A DNA stretch of 64,000 nucleotides from Selaginella moellendorffii (lineage: Eukaryota > Plantae > Lycopodiophyta): contig NW_003314266.1 in NCBI RefSeq assembly GCF_000143415.4, positions 1,386,463 to 1,450,462 of the forward strand, in the 5' to 3' direction. Position 1 is the first letter of the stretch. Every line of letters begins with the position of its first letter. Positions 25,125 through 38,613 of this stretch are shown piece after piece. The translations under genes and the position numbers were made by a program. The notes under the pieces are model-generated. The model was not told where the DNA came from and ran no database searches. It saw only the letters and a program-made list of their open reading frames with translations.

Positions 25125-28100
25125 TGTAAGCAACTAATTTTTCCATTCTACTTTAGTCACTTAACCACACCTCCGACCACTTAGAGGAGTCTCATTCACA
25201 ACCTCCATAAGTCCCATTCGAAACTTGGGGCTTTCTATCTCCGAGAATGGCATCCACGCCACTCAACCTTTGCACTTGGTCCAAGTGCTCCACGTGTCTG
25301 ATCCCGTGACCGACACCCCAATGTACCACCAACATACCAGCCTATTACGCTAGGCCATGCCCATTCACCTTGGTCACATCGATGGTCCACCACCACCTAC
25401 ATTACAATCCTATCTCTCAAAGACTAGGCCATCCATCCATGAGTGGCTATCCCAGATCCACTCCTTAGCATTCTCAGGATGCTTGCAGACATAAGGAATA
25501 TCCTTCCCCAATGTCTCCTTTCCAGTCCCCACCAAGTCCCTTCCTGTCTATGGCCATGTTCACCAACACTACCATTGGATCAAGGCCCACAGGCCCGACC
25601 ACTAAGTCCAGCTGTCCTTTGGGACTTACTCACTATGTGACTGTGTCCTTTGTCATCACACTAGAGGGCTACTCCTCTTCCTTTCCACAGTTTGGAACTT
25701 TGGGGCAACATTTTGGAACATTGTAGCCCTACGCAAGCCTCGGGGGTACTCTCCCCGCCTTTCGCCTTTAGGTGCTCTAGCCATGGGCTTAGAGTGAGGT
25801 TCCGTTGAGCCACACCAGGTATCCAAGTAGGTAGTGCCACCCACACTTGGACTGGGAGCATCGGCCAGTCGATCTCCCGGAGGAACTAGAGCCGGCTCTT
25901 GAACACTTCACCAAGCTACCCCGCTTGTCAGTTTGTGTTCACTCTAGTCTTGGACTTCCCAGTGGGCAGCTCATCACCCAACATTGGGTACAGCCTTCCT
26001 AGGCCAAACTGGCCTTTCCTGGCCAAACTGGCTCCACTGCAGTCCTCCCCCTTACTATACTTTTGGAGCTCACCAAACCCCCCAGGGTTTGGGAGATGAA
26101 CGCTTTGGGCTTTCACCCTCTCAAACTCGAACTCGGACTCGGACTCAGACTCAGACTCAGACTCGGACTCAGACTCGGACTTGGACTCGGCCTCGGCCTC
26201 GATCTCAGCCTTGGCCTTGGTCTCGGTCTTGGTCCTGGTCTTGGTCTCGGTCTCAATCCCGGTCTTGGTCTCGGTCTCGGTCTCGGTCTCAACCTCGGAC
26301 TCCATCTCGGGTCCTTCTCAGACTCCATCTCAGATTCCATCTCGGGTCCATCTCGGACTCCGTCTCGGTCCATCTCGGACTCCATCTCAGACTCCACCTC
26401 AGATCCATCTCGGACTCCATCTCGGTCCATCTCGGACTCCATCTCAGGTCCATCTCGGACTCCATCTTGAGTCCATCTCGAACTCCATCTCGGGTCCATC
26501 TCAAACTCCATCTCGGACTCTATCACGGGTCTATCTCGGATCCATCTCGAGTCCATCTCAGATCCATCTCGGACACTTCCACGTGTCATGTGTCGGTCCT
26601 CTTGTATCCCTTTTCTAGAGACTCACTTATCTTTCACTTCATGCTTGTTCCTTGAGCACTTCATTGGGAGTTCCACTCCCACTCTCGACCTTTTCAAGTC
26701 GGAGCTTTTAGTCCAAACGTATTACGCTCGTTTGGCTTTCACTTCGGCCCCTACCACGTGGCACCTTTTGGCTCCACTTTGGGGCCTAGGGATTTTGTGT
26801 CTCACAACTCCACCACCCCTAAACAAAGTTCGATGTCCTCATCGAACAATAAACTATTTTATAAAGTAATATCAACTTGTATTACCCTTTCCATCCTTGG
26901 CCTCTTGCCAATATTCATCAATGGTTTGATATCGAAGGTTCACCATGCCTTTCCCATCCTTTAAGGAGCATAGTCTCCCCAACTTAAAGACTCATTCGAC
27001 CACTTGTGGTGGTTCCTTCCTTTTATTGGTTTAGTTCTTATTAAACCTATTAGAGACACTTCCCTAACTCAATCCCACTACTCATTCTTGAGTAGTTTCA
27101 CTTTCCATCGATATAACCCTTGCACTTTGGAACTTTTTAATTCTAACTTCTCGAAGTCAATTTCTTAGGTGTCTTCGACACCTTGCATTGCACATATTGT
27201 GCAACTCCACTTCCCCATCCTAGGAAGTTCTCTACTTGAGGGCACCATCATCCTCTCTTCGATTTCATGCCACCTTTGGCACTAAGTTCTAGTTATCATA
27301 TTTTATGCTAGGGCTGTCCACGGCCCTATCATTTGGCTACCTTACTGCTTCTTCTTTTGGAGCTTTCACTTTCGCCAAATCGGAGCAATTGGGAATCCAT
27401 CCTTGGAAACACATTGTCTTTCCCACAATCCGTTAGCACCCAACACATTAGTGTTCTTGGCCTAACTTTGTTATTTGGATTCTTTCCCATGATTCTCATG
27501 GCTCTTTACTTAGCCACTAATCTTTTGCTCCTATCCTTAATTGTTGCACCTAGCAATATAGGATTGCAACCTCCATTTTCGAGGTATCCTTTCGGTTCCA
27601 TAGCAAAAACTCTCTTTTGCCAAGTCCAGAGGGTATTCACCCCTAGTACGTCTCTTTAGCATCTTTTGCTATAGGCTCTACCCATGGCCCAACTTTATGA
27701 CCCTCCCATGGGTGTCTTATAGAGACTATTTTCCTCAGACTCACTATGCCATCGCATTGACATATCTCATTTCCCTTAGGTATCCTTCCCACTTGGTCAC
27801 CTTGACCAAGCCACATCATCATCAATAGTTCCAATCAACACTTTGAACTTGGAACTTTATCCCTTAACCTCACAAGGACCTTGTCCTTATTTTGTCCATA
27901 AGATCACCTAGTGATTTAACCTTGGCACCTTAACAAGTTTGCCAATAGATACTAGGTCTTCTAGACTTTTAAGTTGTTCACCATGACCTCGGGGGCATCC
28001 CCCACACTTGGCGGTGCACCCAAGCCAGCCCATCCGGCTAAGGGTCCATAGCAACTGAGACTGGGTGTCCCCATCTCATTCACCACGTCCTTGGTGCCAC

Positions 28101-31100
28101 TTGCACCAAAGTGTTCAAGTTAGATATGCCAAGCTTTCACACTAAGCAATCTAATTGTGCATCACGACTCCGGGGCATCCCCCGCTTGGTGGTGTGCCCA
28201 AGCTAGTCTCCTTACTAAGAGTCCATGACCACCGAAAAATGAGTGTCCTCATATTCCAAACCATCACCTCGCCCTAGTGAGTTGGGACTCGAACCCAAGC
28301 ACTAGAGGGTCGGGACTCGAACCCAACCTCCGTATATGCATCTACAGACGGCATCACACAGGATGCCTGGCGTGACTCCCCATGCCGGTGCACCAACTTA
28401 TACTTAAAGCGCACTAGAGATCACAACTTAGGAACTTAGTTCCTCCACACAGCCAAGTCTTCTCACTTGACAAGTTTGTGATCATGCATGAACTCCTCCA
28501 TGCTTGGCCCTATGGGCCACCCCTTCGAAGTTGGCTCCTTCAACTAGGGTATTCGTTCCCTCGACTTGCCAATCTCACTCAGCAAGTCATTTGGCCACCG
28601 TAACATAGTTCATGCATAAGCGTGAAAGTCCTTAACCGTCGACTTTCATTCAAAGCCCTCTCTTTGAACACTCGGGAACTACTTCCCCAACTTTGATAGC
28701 CTCACCTCATGGCAAGCTTCAAGACCACACTTCTACTGAGCCACTCTAATTTTGCACGCTCTATAAACCATTTACACTTGGATGTTTAGGTACTTATCTA
28801 CCTAGGGGGAATGTTCAAGGAACTCTATTCCTTAGCTTGCTAAGGTCTCTCCTTTCACAAGCTATCTAATTGCCATATAGTCTAACATGAACAATCCCAT
28901 GTTTTAAACTCTTTATGGCATCCCAATCATTAGTAACAACATGCTTGAGCACCCATTTGATTCTCCACTCCCAACTTGCATAACCACTCTTGGTCATGCT
29001 TGTCAATTCCTATGGTTCGGTTCTATCCTTTTACTACTTGCCTTTTGGCCTCGTACATTTCCTTTGGTCATTCTCCTCCAAACTAGGAAGATAGCTTTGC
29101 ACTTTCTACCATGCCTTGGCAAGTATTCATAGGGATGAACCTACCCGACAGCCTAGGGAGTGGTTCCTTAATTTGGGTATACTCACCTTGTAATCCCACA
29201 CACTAGGATTATCGTTACTACTTATGGGCCTTTATATGCCCATTACTAACCTTGCCAAAATCCTTCTTTGCCTTTGTCTAATTTGGGTAGACGGACTTCT
29301 CCCATCTCCACAACCTTGGACATTTGGATAGCACTTCCTATTCTTCATTTGCTAGGGACTTTGTCCCTTGGGCATTATCCATTCCCCTCATGACACCAAA
29401 CACCACCTTCTGGTGTTCTAGAGTGTTTGGGTGTCCCAATGATGGCCTTTTTGGCAATGAGTATTCCCTTTATGACATTAACTTACTATCTCGCAGCATA
29501 AGCAATTTATCCTTCATAAGGGTATATCTAACTTCTTTATCCCAATAAGAAGTCTTAGGTAGTTACCTTCTACCAGTTTAACCAATTATTTTGCACCTTT
29601 TGCTTAGTTGCCTCATAGTTGTCAAGTCCTCCAAGTTATTGCTGATGCTTTCACACCTCCATCATTATCTGGGTCACCACATTCTAACCGCATGCTTTTC
29701 AGCATAGGCTATGTTATTCCCATTTCCATTGGGATTCCTTTGGAAGGGGTTCTCATAAACCCGAAATTTGACCTCAAGGCAGCACGCCTTAGCACATTCG
29801 GTGTCTCCACACTATCGGATCTACGAGCCTACCTTTATGACACTTTTTACTTGTGTCTAGGTCTTTTTGCCAAGACTAATATGGTTGTCTCTTATGCCAA
29901 TTATCCATTAGCACTGCACCATAGAGTTCACGCACAACTTTGCATCAAAGTTGTTTTCTTCCGGGAAACTCCTTCCTATGACTTTAGCATGGCACCTTCT
30001 GCCATCAATGAGATACACCCTGTTCTCATGCTTGGATCTCAAGATCCTTCCCATCCTTCATGGGGCACCACACACCTCAGTCCAAATGCTTCCATCAATC
30101 CTTTAGGATTATTCCTTGACTCTATTAGAGTCATCAGACTTTTTGGACTTTGCTAATCCGATGACCCATGAGGTCCTACTTTTGAGGTGCCAGCTCACAG
30201 GAATACAACTCCTTGTATTCATGTCCTACACACAAGGACCATCTTTGCAAGTATTACTCCGACACTTGATTTGTTCTCTAGGGGCAACCTTTTACCCCTT
30301 ATGACCACTTTTTCATGTGATGAGAATACCAACTCATCCTCTAAGTACACCCCCAACTCCTTGGGTTGTTCCACCATTTATTAGAGGTAGCCTCGGCTAC
30401 CATTTCAAGGACTTGTGTCCTCTTCCGTATTTGACTTCCCACTGTCATCAATTCCGGTCTCAAATTCATGACCACCAGCCTCAACTATATGAGGGTAATC
30501 TTGTGACTCCTTTATTGTTTTAGAGTCTACATCGTTCCCGTGATCCCAACTATAGTTGTTTACCACAACTACATTAGCCCGTTTGCTGCGTCAAACACTC
30601 ATCTGGATCACATCCTCAACTCTTTGAGGAAACCCTTATACTATTCCCAAGATCCCAAAGTCATTCTCTTACTGGCCCTTTTCCATCCACCACATTGCGC
30701 ACAAGTTCACGCATGAACTTGAGTGGAGAGCCATGTCCTCTCAACATGCTACTCCTCGAGGATAGGTCCATACCTAGGACCTTCCAATTCCAATACAAGT
30801 GGTGATATACTTGGCCACCAATAAAGTCAGACTAAGGAACAGCTCCGATATCAAGTTGTAAACGACTAATTTTTCCATTCTACTTTAGTCACTTAATCAC
30901 ACCTCCGACCACTTAGAGAAGTCTCATTCACAACCTCCATAAGTCCCATTTGGAACTTGGGGCTTTCTAGCCCCGAGAATGGCATCCACGCCACTCAACC
31001 TTTGCACTTGGTCCAAGTGCTCCACGTGTCCGATCCCATGACCGACACCCCAAGGTACCACTGACATACCAGCCCGTTACGCTAGGCCATGCCCATTCAC

Positions 31101-32563
31101 CTTGGTCACATCGATGGTCTAACACCACCTACATTATAATCCTGTCTCTCAAAAACTAAGCCATCCATCCATGAGTGGCTATCCTAGATCCACTCCATAG
31201 CATCCTCAGGATGCCTGCAGATATGGGGAATATCCTTCCCCAATGTCTCCTTTCCAGTCCCCACCAAGTCCCTTCCTGTCCATGGCCGTGTTCACCAACA
31301 CTGCCGTTGGATCAAGGCCCACAGGCCTGACCACTAAGTCCAACTGTCCTTTGGGACTTCCTCACTGTGTGACTGTGTCCTTTGTCATCACACCAGAGGG
31401 CTACTCCTCTTCCTTTCCACAGTCTGGGACTTTGGGACAACATTTTAGAACACCGTGGCCCTATGCGGGCCTCATGGGTACTCTCCTCACCTTCTGCCTT
31501 TCAGTGCTCTAGCCATGGGCTTAGAGCGAGGTTCTGTTGAGCCACACCAGGTATCCAAGTAGGTAGTGCCACCCACACTTGGATTGGGAGCATCGGCCAG
31601 TCGATCTCCCGGGGGAACTAGAGCCGGCTCTTGAACACTTCACCAAGCTACCCCACTTGTTGGTCCATGTTCACTCTAGTCTTGGACTTCCCAGTGGGCA
31701 GCTCATCACCCAACATTGGGTACAGCCTTCCTAGGCCAAACTGGCCTTTTCTGGCCAAACTGGCTCCATTGCAGTCCTCCCCTTTACTATACTTTTGGAG
31801 CTCACCAAACCCCCTAGGGTTTGGGAGACGAACGCTTTGGGCTTTCACCCTCTCAGACTCGATTTTGGACTCGGACTCAGACTCGGACTCGGACTTGGAC
31901 TCGGACTCGGACTCGGACTCAAACTCGGCCTCGGGCTCGATCTCAGCCTCGGCCTTGGTCTCGGTCTCGGTCCCAGTCTTGGTCTCGGTCTCGGTCCCGG
32001 TCTCGGTCTCGGTCTCAGTCTCAGTCTTGGTCTCGACCTCGGACTCCATCTCGGGTCCTTCTCGAACTCCATCTCGGATTCTATCTCAGGTCCATCTCGG
32101 ACTCCGTCTCGGTCCATCTCGGACTCCATCTCGGATTCCACCTCGGATCCATCTCGGACTCCATCTCGGACTCCATCTCGGACTCCGTCTCAGGTCCATC
32201 TCGGACTCCGTCACGGTCCATCTCAAACTCCATCTTGGGTCCATCTCGGACTCCATCTCGGGTCCATCTTGGACTCCATCTCGGACTCTATCACGGGTCC
32301 ATCTCGGATCCATCTCAGATCCATCTCGGACACTTCCACGTGTCATGTGTCAGTCCTCTTGTATCCCTTTTCTAGAGACTCACTTATCTTTCACTTCGTG
32401 CTTGTTCCTCGAGCACTTCGTTGGGAGTTCCACTCTTGCTCTCGACCTTTTCAAGTCAGAGCTTTTAATCCAAACGTGTTATGCTTGTTTGGCTTTCGCT
32501 TCGGCCCCTACCATGTGGCACCTTTTGGCTCCACTTTGGGGCCTAGGGATTTTGTGTCTCACA
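25125..32563 (-). mobile_element. LTR retrotransposon A copy 2 (uninterrupted, 7.44 kb, non-coding), inserted in the interior of B
   Basis: TSD TTTAT at 25120-25124 and 32564-32568. LTRs 30857-32563 (5') and 25125-26806 (3'). Minus-strand PBS TGATATCGGAGC and PPT AGGGGTGGTGGAG. Internal region about 4.05 kb. Confidence 0.93.
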
Positions 32564-33165
32564 TTTATAAGTGAGCATGGCAATGATTACTTGAATCAAT
32601 AGACTAATCCCTACAGTCTTGATTAATCCACTTGTAGTCATGCCTAAGAAGGATCCACTAGTGTCGTGCTAAATAACTACGGACCAGCCTATTACCACTC
32701 ATAGCAAACCCAAGGAGGTTTGCTTTCACCCATGGTACAAGGAACAACTTATGGAACCACCAATAGGCTAACATTAATCTTGCCAACTCAAAATGTAACT
32801 TTGAGTTGCTAATGTGCCTCACTCACGAGCCCAAGCACAAGCTCATGCAAAATGGTACACCTCAAATCCATCTTGCCAACTCAATCCCTTTTATGAGCCC
32901 AAGAGCAAGCTCAGATACTATGGTACAAAAGGCTCCTTGTGGTTCTTTCTTGCAATTTTCTCTAGCGTCAACAAATGGAGAACTCTGTAATTGAGGATGC
33001 TGAGGAAAAGGATGACCCAAATCCATACCTAAGGAACAATTGTGAAGTCTTAGCACCCAAATGTGTACCCACTCGGATCATCATTTTCGTCTCTGCGTAT
33101 GCAATGAGACTAGTTGCCCAATCTCATTATATAGTACTCGCTAAGACTCACCCTTTGATACCAAA

Positions 33166-34316
33166 TGTAGCGCACGTAGTTTTGACCCTTTATCCTATGT
33201 TGATTTACCATAGGATAACACCACAAAGCGGAACCTAAACCCTCTTTATGCCATGTGACATATGCCATGTGTCACATGCCACGTGTTCATAGGACAGCAG
33301 CATGGAACCCGAAGTTCAAGGCCTTAGGCCACTGAACGAAGGAACGGTGCCAAACTCCCAAGCATGAAGCCAAGAAGTGATGGAACCGGACCATGGAGCA
33401 ACTCTTGAGCATATAGCCCAAGGAGCGAAGGGATAGAAGCACGAAGCAACTTGGAACAGTCTTAGAACAACCAGCATCCCAATGCTAGGACCAGCACGCA
33501 AAACAGAGACAAACGGAGTCTGGCACTATTTCAGCATACCGGTGGCCTAACGCAAGGATATGGGTACCCCACCAGCTAGCATGGTGTGGAGCTTGGGCTT
33601 AGACCCAAGCCGGATGCAAAACAAGGACAGGCACGCAAGCGGAAGTTAGACTATGCCTCAGGTTGGTCAGCCATGCCCAACCTACCCACTATCCCTACTA
33701 TACATTTGGAACCCCCCATAGCCCCCCCCCCCCCTCCTTGAGGAACACACGCTTTGGGCTTTCACCCCAAGCCTCCCTTAGTATCAAGAGTTAGTCTCTG
33801 GGACAAGCTTGAAACTTACTAAATATGGAATGACGCTAGATTGTGAATTTGGACACAGAATGAACACCATTGTGTTCATGCCAATCTCTACATTCCATAA
33901 ATATGCCAAATGAGCAAATCTAGACACTTTCCATAAGTAGCATTTGGGACCGAAATGAGACTAACACAAAGGGCATAATAACAAGGGTGTTTGGCAGACA
34001 CGGTAAACTATCATCCAGCGATATTGAGGGACTAATCTCAATACACAAGGGTTCTTGTCATTAGCCAGTGCAAGATATAACGAGACGGGAACTCCTTACC
34101 AGGCTAAATATGCTTAGCTAATAACACATTGGAATTCTATCCTTATGCTTGTCTGGTCTAAGTACACTCGAAATGCCCAGTTAACTCCACTAGCACAAGA
34201 GGGGCTGATAAAGGGTCCAGCAATACCGACCTCTTGCCATCATGGTAGTAAGGAAAGAGTGTCTGTAAGGACTAGCCGACAGATAACTTCTGATACCTAA
34301 AGTCACATTTGCAACA
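33166..34316 (-). repeat. Element B 5' LTR
   Basis: TGTAGCGCAC...TTGCAACA with adjacent PBS; homologous to the split left LTR. Confidence 0.92.
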
Positions 34317-34321
34317 AACAC

Positions 34322-37300
34322 AAAGACTATCAAAGGGATCAAAAGAAGGAATAGAGGAACAAAATGGAAACACATGAAGTAATAGGGAGATAAAAATGAT
34401 GGAAGCAAAGGTAAAAACAAAGGGATGGAAAAAAACAGAAGTGAAAGGAATGGAAGAAATATAAGGAAATATGAGACAAGGGGGAAAAGTTTCAGAGTCA
34501 CATTTGGATGATTGTGTTATAATTAATCTATACTAAAAATGAGGTCAAAAGCTTGACTCAGCACCACCTGTAATGACTGCAACTCAAGCTCAAGATCACC
34601 CACATAAACAATTAAGTCTACCTCTTCCCGTGCATATATGTATGTACAGCCATTACCATACATAATGAAAATTGGCTTTACTACACAACACAAATGTAGA
34701 CGGCAACGTGTGGCAATAATCCGAGTAATAGAAAATAAACTCGAGCTTATATCAACCATTATAGAGAGAATAATAGGAGACTTTTTTATATAAAAATGAG
34801 CTTAAAAAGTAAATACTAGATGAATTGGTGCTAAGTGAACCTCTTGATGATACTTTTGAAAGAAAAATGGAAGGGTTACTAATTTATTCACGCAAAGACC
34901 TTTAATTACTCGTGCAACTCTTTGTTTCCTAGAAGCATCTCACTGTTCAGATCTTCCATTGCAGCAGAACCAATAAGACATTGTTAATGCCAAGGTTTCC
35001 ACCTAGAAAATGGAGGTTGTTAATCTAGAAAATGCCGACTTCACTGATAAATGTGACCAACTTCATCATACGCCCAATAACAGATATTTGTGAGACACAA
35101 AATCCCTAGGCCCCAAAGTGGAGCCTGAAGGGTGCCACGTGGTAGTGGCCGAAGCGAAAGCCAAACGAGTGTAACACGTTTGGGCCAAAAGTTCCGACTT
35201 GAAAGGTCGAGAGCGGGAGTGGAACTCCTAATGAAGTGCTAGAGGAATGAGCACAAAGCGAGCAATAAGCGAGGCTCCAAAAAGGGACCCAAAAGGACCA
35301 ACACATGACACGTGGAAGTGTCCGAGATGGACCCGAGATAGACTCGAGTTGGAGTCCGAACTGGAGTCCGAGAAGGACCCGAGATGGAGTCCGAGGTGGA
35401 GTCCGAGTTGGAGTCCGAAGTGGAGTCCGAGTTGGAGTCCGAAGTGGAGTCCGAGATGGACCCAAGATGGACCCGAGATGGACCCGAGTTGGAGTCCGAG
35501 ATGGAGTCCGAGGTGGAGTCCGAGATGGACCCGAGGTGGAGTCCGAGATGGACCCGAGTTGGAGTCCGAGATGGAGTCCGAGGTAGAGTCCAAGATGGAC
35601 CCGAGGTGGAGTCCGAGATGGACCCAAGATGGAGTCCGAGATGGACCCAAGGTGGAGTCCGAGATGGACCCGAGATGGAGTCTGAGATGGAGTCCGAGAT
35701 GGAGTCCGAGATGGGCCCGAGGTGGAGTCCGAGATGGACCCGAGATGGAGTCCGAGATGGACCCGAGATGGAGTCCGAGATGGACCCGAGATGGAGTCCG
35801 AGATGGACCCGAGATGGAGTCCGAAGTCGAGACCGAGACCGGGACCGAGACCGGGACCGAGATCGGGACCGAGACCGAGACCAAGGCCGAGGCCGAGACC
35901 GAGCCCGAGTCCGAGTCCGAGTCCGAGTCCGAGTCCGAGTCCGAGTCCGAGTCCGAGTCTGAGAGGGTGAAAGCCCAAAGCGTTCGTCTCCCAGACCCTG
36001 GGGGGTTTGGTGAGCTCCAAAAGTATAGTAGGGGGAGGACTGCAGTGGAGCCAGTTTGGCCAGGAAAGGCCAGTTTGGCCCAGGAAGGCCGGACCCAGTG
36101 TTGGGTGATGAGCTGCCCACTGGGAAGTCCAAGACTAGAGTGAACACGGACCGACAAGCGGGGTAGCTTGGTGAAGTGTTCAAGAACCGGCTCTAGTTCC
36201 CCCGGGAGATCGACTGGCCGATGCTCCCAGTCCAAGTGTGGGTGGCACTACCTACTTGGATACCTGTCGTGGCTCAACAGAACCTCGCTCTAAGCCCATG
36301 GCTAGAGCACCTAAAGGCGAAAGGCGGGGAGAGTACCCCCGAGGCTTGCGTAAGGCCACGGTGTTCCGAAATGTTGTCCCGAAGGCCCAGACTGTGGAAA
36401 GGCAGAGGAGCAGTCCTCTGGTGTAGTGACTAAGGATACAGTCGTGTGGTGAGGAAGTCCCAGAGGACCCTGGGACTTAGTGGTCGAGCCTGTGAGCCTT
36501 GATCCAGTGGCAGTGTTGGCAAACACGGCCATGGCCAGAAAGGGACTTGGCGAAGACCGGAAAAGTTATATTGGGGAAGGCTATTCCCCATGTCTGTGGG
36601 CATCCTAAGGATGCTAAGGAGGGGATCTGGAATGATCACTCATGGACGGATGGCCCAGTCCTTGAGAGAGGGGACTGTGATGCAGGTGGTGTTAGACCAC
36701 TAGTGTGACCAAGGTAAAGGGGCATGGCCTTAGCGTAACGGGCGGATATGTCGGTGGTACCTTGGGGTGTCGATCATGGGATCGGACACATGGAGCACTT
36801 GGATCAAGTGCAAAGGTTGAGTGGCGGGGATGCCATTCTCGGGGCTAACAAGCCCAAGTCTGAAATAGGACTTACGGAGGTTGTGAGTGAGACTCCTCCA
36901 AGTGGTTGGAGGTGTGGTTAAGTGACTAAAGTAGAATGGAAAATTTAGTCGCTTACAATATCACGGCCATGACCACATCCTTACCCTTGTCCTTGAACTT
37001 AAGTAGCAACAACATCAACTTCCATTAGAATAGGACTATCTCCCACAAGAAGTGGAGTTGAAGGATGTGTAGTGAGAAGTGGAAGCGGTGACATCTCATA
37101 ACATTCTGTCAAATGAAAAGTATTGTCAAAGGTGGTTAAAGCAAGTGCATGCACAAGTCCTACAAGATCTTGATGAAATGCTAGGCACAACATTCTCAAC
37201 TTGATCTGCTCCGACATATTGGGCTATATACGAAGCAAGAGGCTTCAGAAATGAATGCTAAATTGCATCATAGACTCAGATGGCCCTTGATAAAGACGAT

Positions 37301-37710
37301 GCAATTATTGAAATGCATCATTACAATCATTAGCATGTCCAAATGTGTGTTTGAAGATGTCCAAGAGAATGCTCCAATCCTTACGAGTGGTTGTGGTCAA
37401 ACTATTATACCATTGCAATGCCATCCCTTAGAGATATATGGGATATTCATGTAAACACTAAGCATCATCCCAAGAATGATATGTGATAATCATTGTGAAG
37501 TGATTGAACCAATGGTACATATCATCCCTAGGATTCCCACAGAAGAACTTTGGCCGAACTCGAGGATTGGCAACAAGAGCTATACCATCCACTATGAATG
37601 CCACCATCAATTGAGTTTAATTATTCAACTGTAACCATATAGCATTGAGCAATTGCATCAATTGCTACTCCAAAGTCAAAGGAGGAGGAGGCTGCTACTC
37701 TGCCATGAAA
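34322..37710 (-). pseudogene. Degenerate Ty3/gypsy gag and protease, 5' part of element C (interrupted by a solo A LTR)
   Basis: Minus-strand PKFFCGNPRDDMYHWFNH (gag-like, about 37500-37555) and MVDISSSLFSI (protease DTG-like, 34759). Colinear with the RT at 4290-5561 once B is removed. Confidence 0.6.
35089..36957 (+). mobile_element. Solo LTR of family A with the longest repeat array
   Basis: TG...CA termini. Flanks ATATT and ATATC (4/5 TSD match). No PBS or PPT adjacent. Confidence 0.9.
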
Positions 37711-38613
37711 ATGAATGAAAAGAAAAAAAACAAAAGGGAAGAAATTGAAAAAGCTACAAGAAAAGAGAGATTTAGATAATGCAAAAGCTAAATTTAAAGT
37801 AGAATTTCAAATCTAAACACTCCTTAGGGACAATCAAAACTACCCTTTATCTCTATTAATGTGAATATATAAAATATGGAAATGGAATATAGAAATGTGC
37901 ATATCAATTAACCCAAAAACCCTAGTTTATATACAAGAGCAATCCAAATTGAAAAATCTGATGGCTACCAAAATCCCACTATGCTAATATTAGTATACGG
38001 CATCATAGCCATACACTTGGACTTCACATTCAAAAACAATAAATCACTTAATAGTGCAATATACTATGGAAGATAAGAAAAGTGTTGGATAAAACAAAAG
38101 CAAGAGCTTGAAAGACATCATGGCAAAAGAGATATCTCACACCCCGAAGTTGGGAGGCAGGTATGCAGCATCTAGGATCCCAATTAACTCCTCCATTATC
38201 AACTACAAAAAGAGTTTCAACTTCAAGTAAACTGCAATATACAATTGGAAGATTTGGTCCAAAGGCCCACACTCTATAAACGTCCATATGAAGCTGCAGG
38301 ATGGTGGAAGTGATTTCAAGTGATACTGAAAAAGCCACCCTTGATTTTTGGGTTGAAGGCTTTGTTCATGGCTAGAAGGACAAGAAAAATATAACTTAGA
38401 AGCACACACTACCTTGGAAGATAGGTATATACATCTATAGCTAGAGGAATTGCAAGAACTTCATTCTGAAAGTTGAAATATGAGGAATGGCCAAAGGGAC
38501 ATACTCCTCCACCTCTTATTCAAACCTGGTATTCCATGAAAATCCCAATCCAAAAATGTAGTCAAATATAAACAATATTTGTGATGTTCAGGTCCATGCA
38601 CTCACATATCTTA

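Larger units (their letters stand above)
5562..34316 (-). mobile_element. LTR retrotransposon B, gypsy-like and apparently non-autonomous; hosts both full copies of element A
   Basis: TSD AACAC at 5557-5561 and 34317-34321. TG...CA LTRs of about 1.15 kb. Minus-strand PBS TGGTATCAAAG just inside 33166 and PPT AAGGGGGGGAGAG at 20658-20670. No recognisable gag/pol. Confidence 0.9.

Noticed and set aside
35320-35960. Repeat array superficially resembling a CRISPR
   Set aside because: The units are 6-12 bp tandem repeats with no unique spacers, there are no cas genes, and the context is a eukaryotic LTR.
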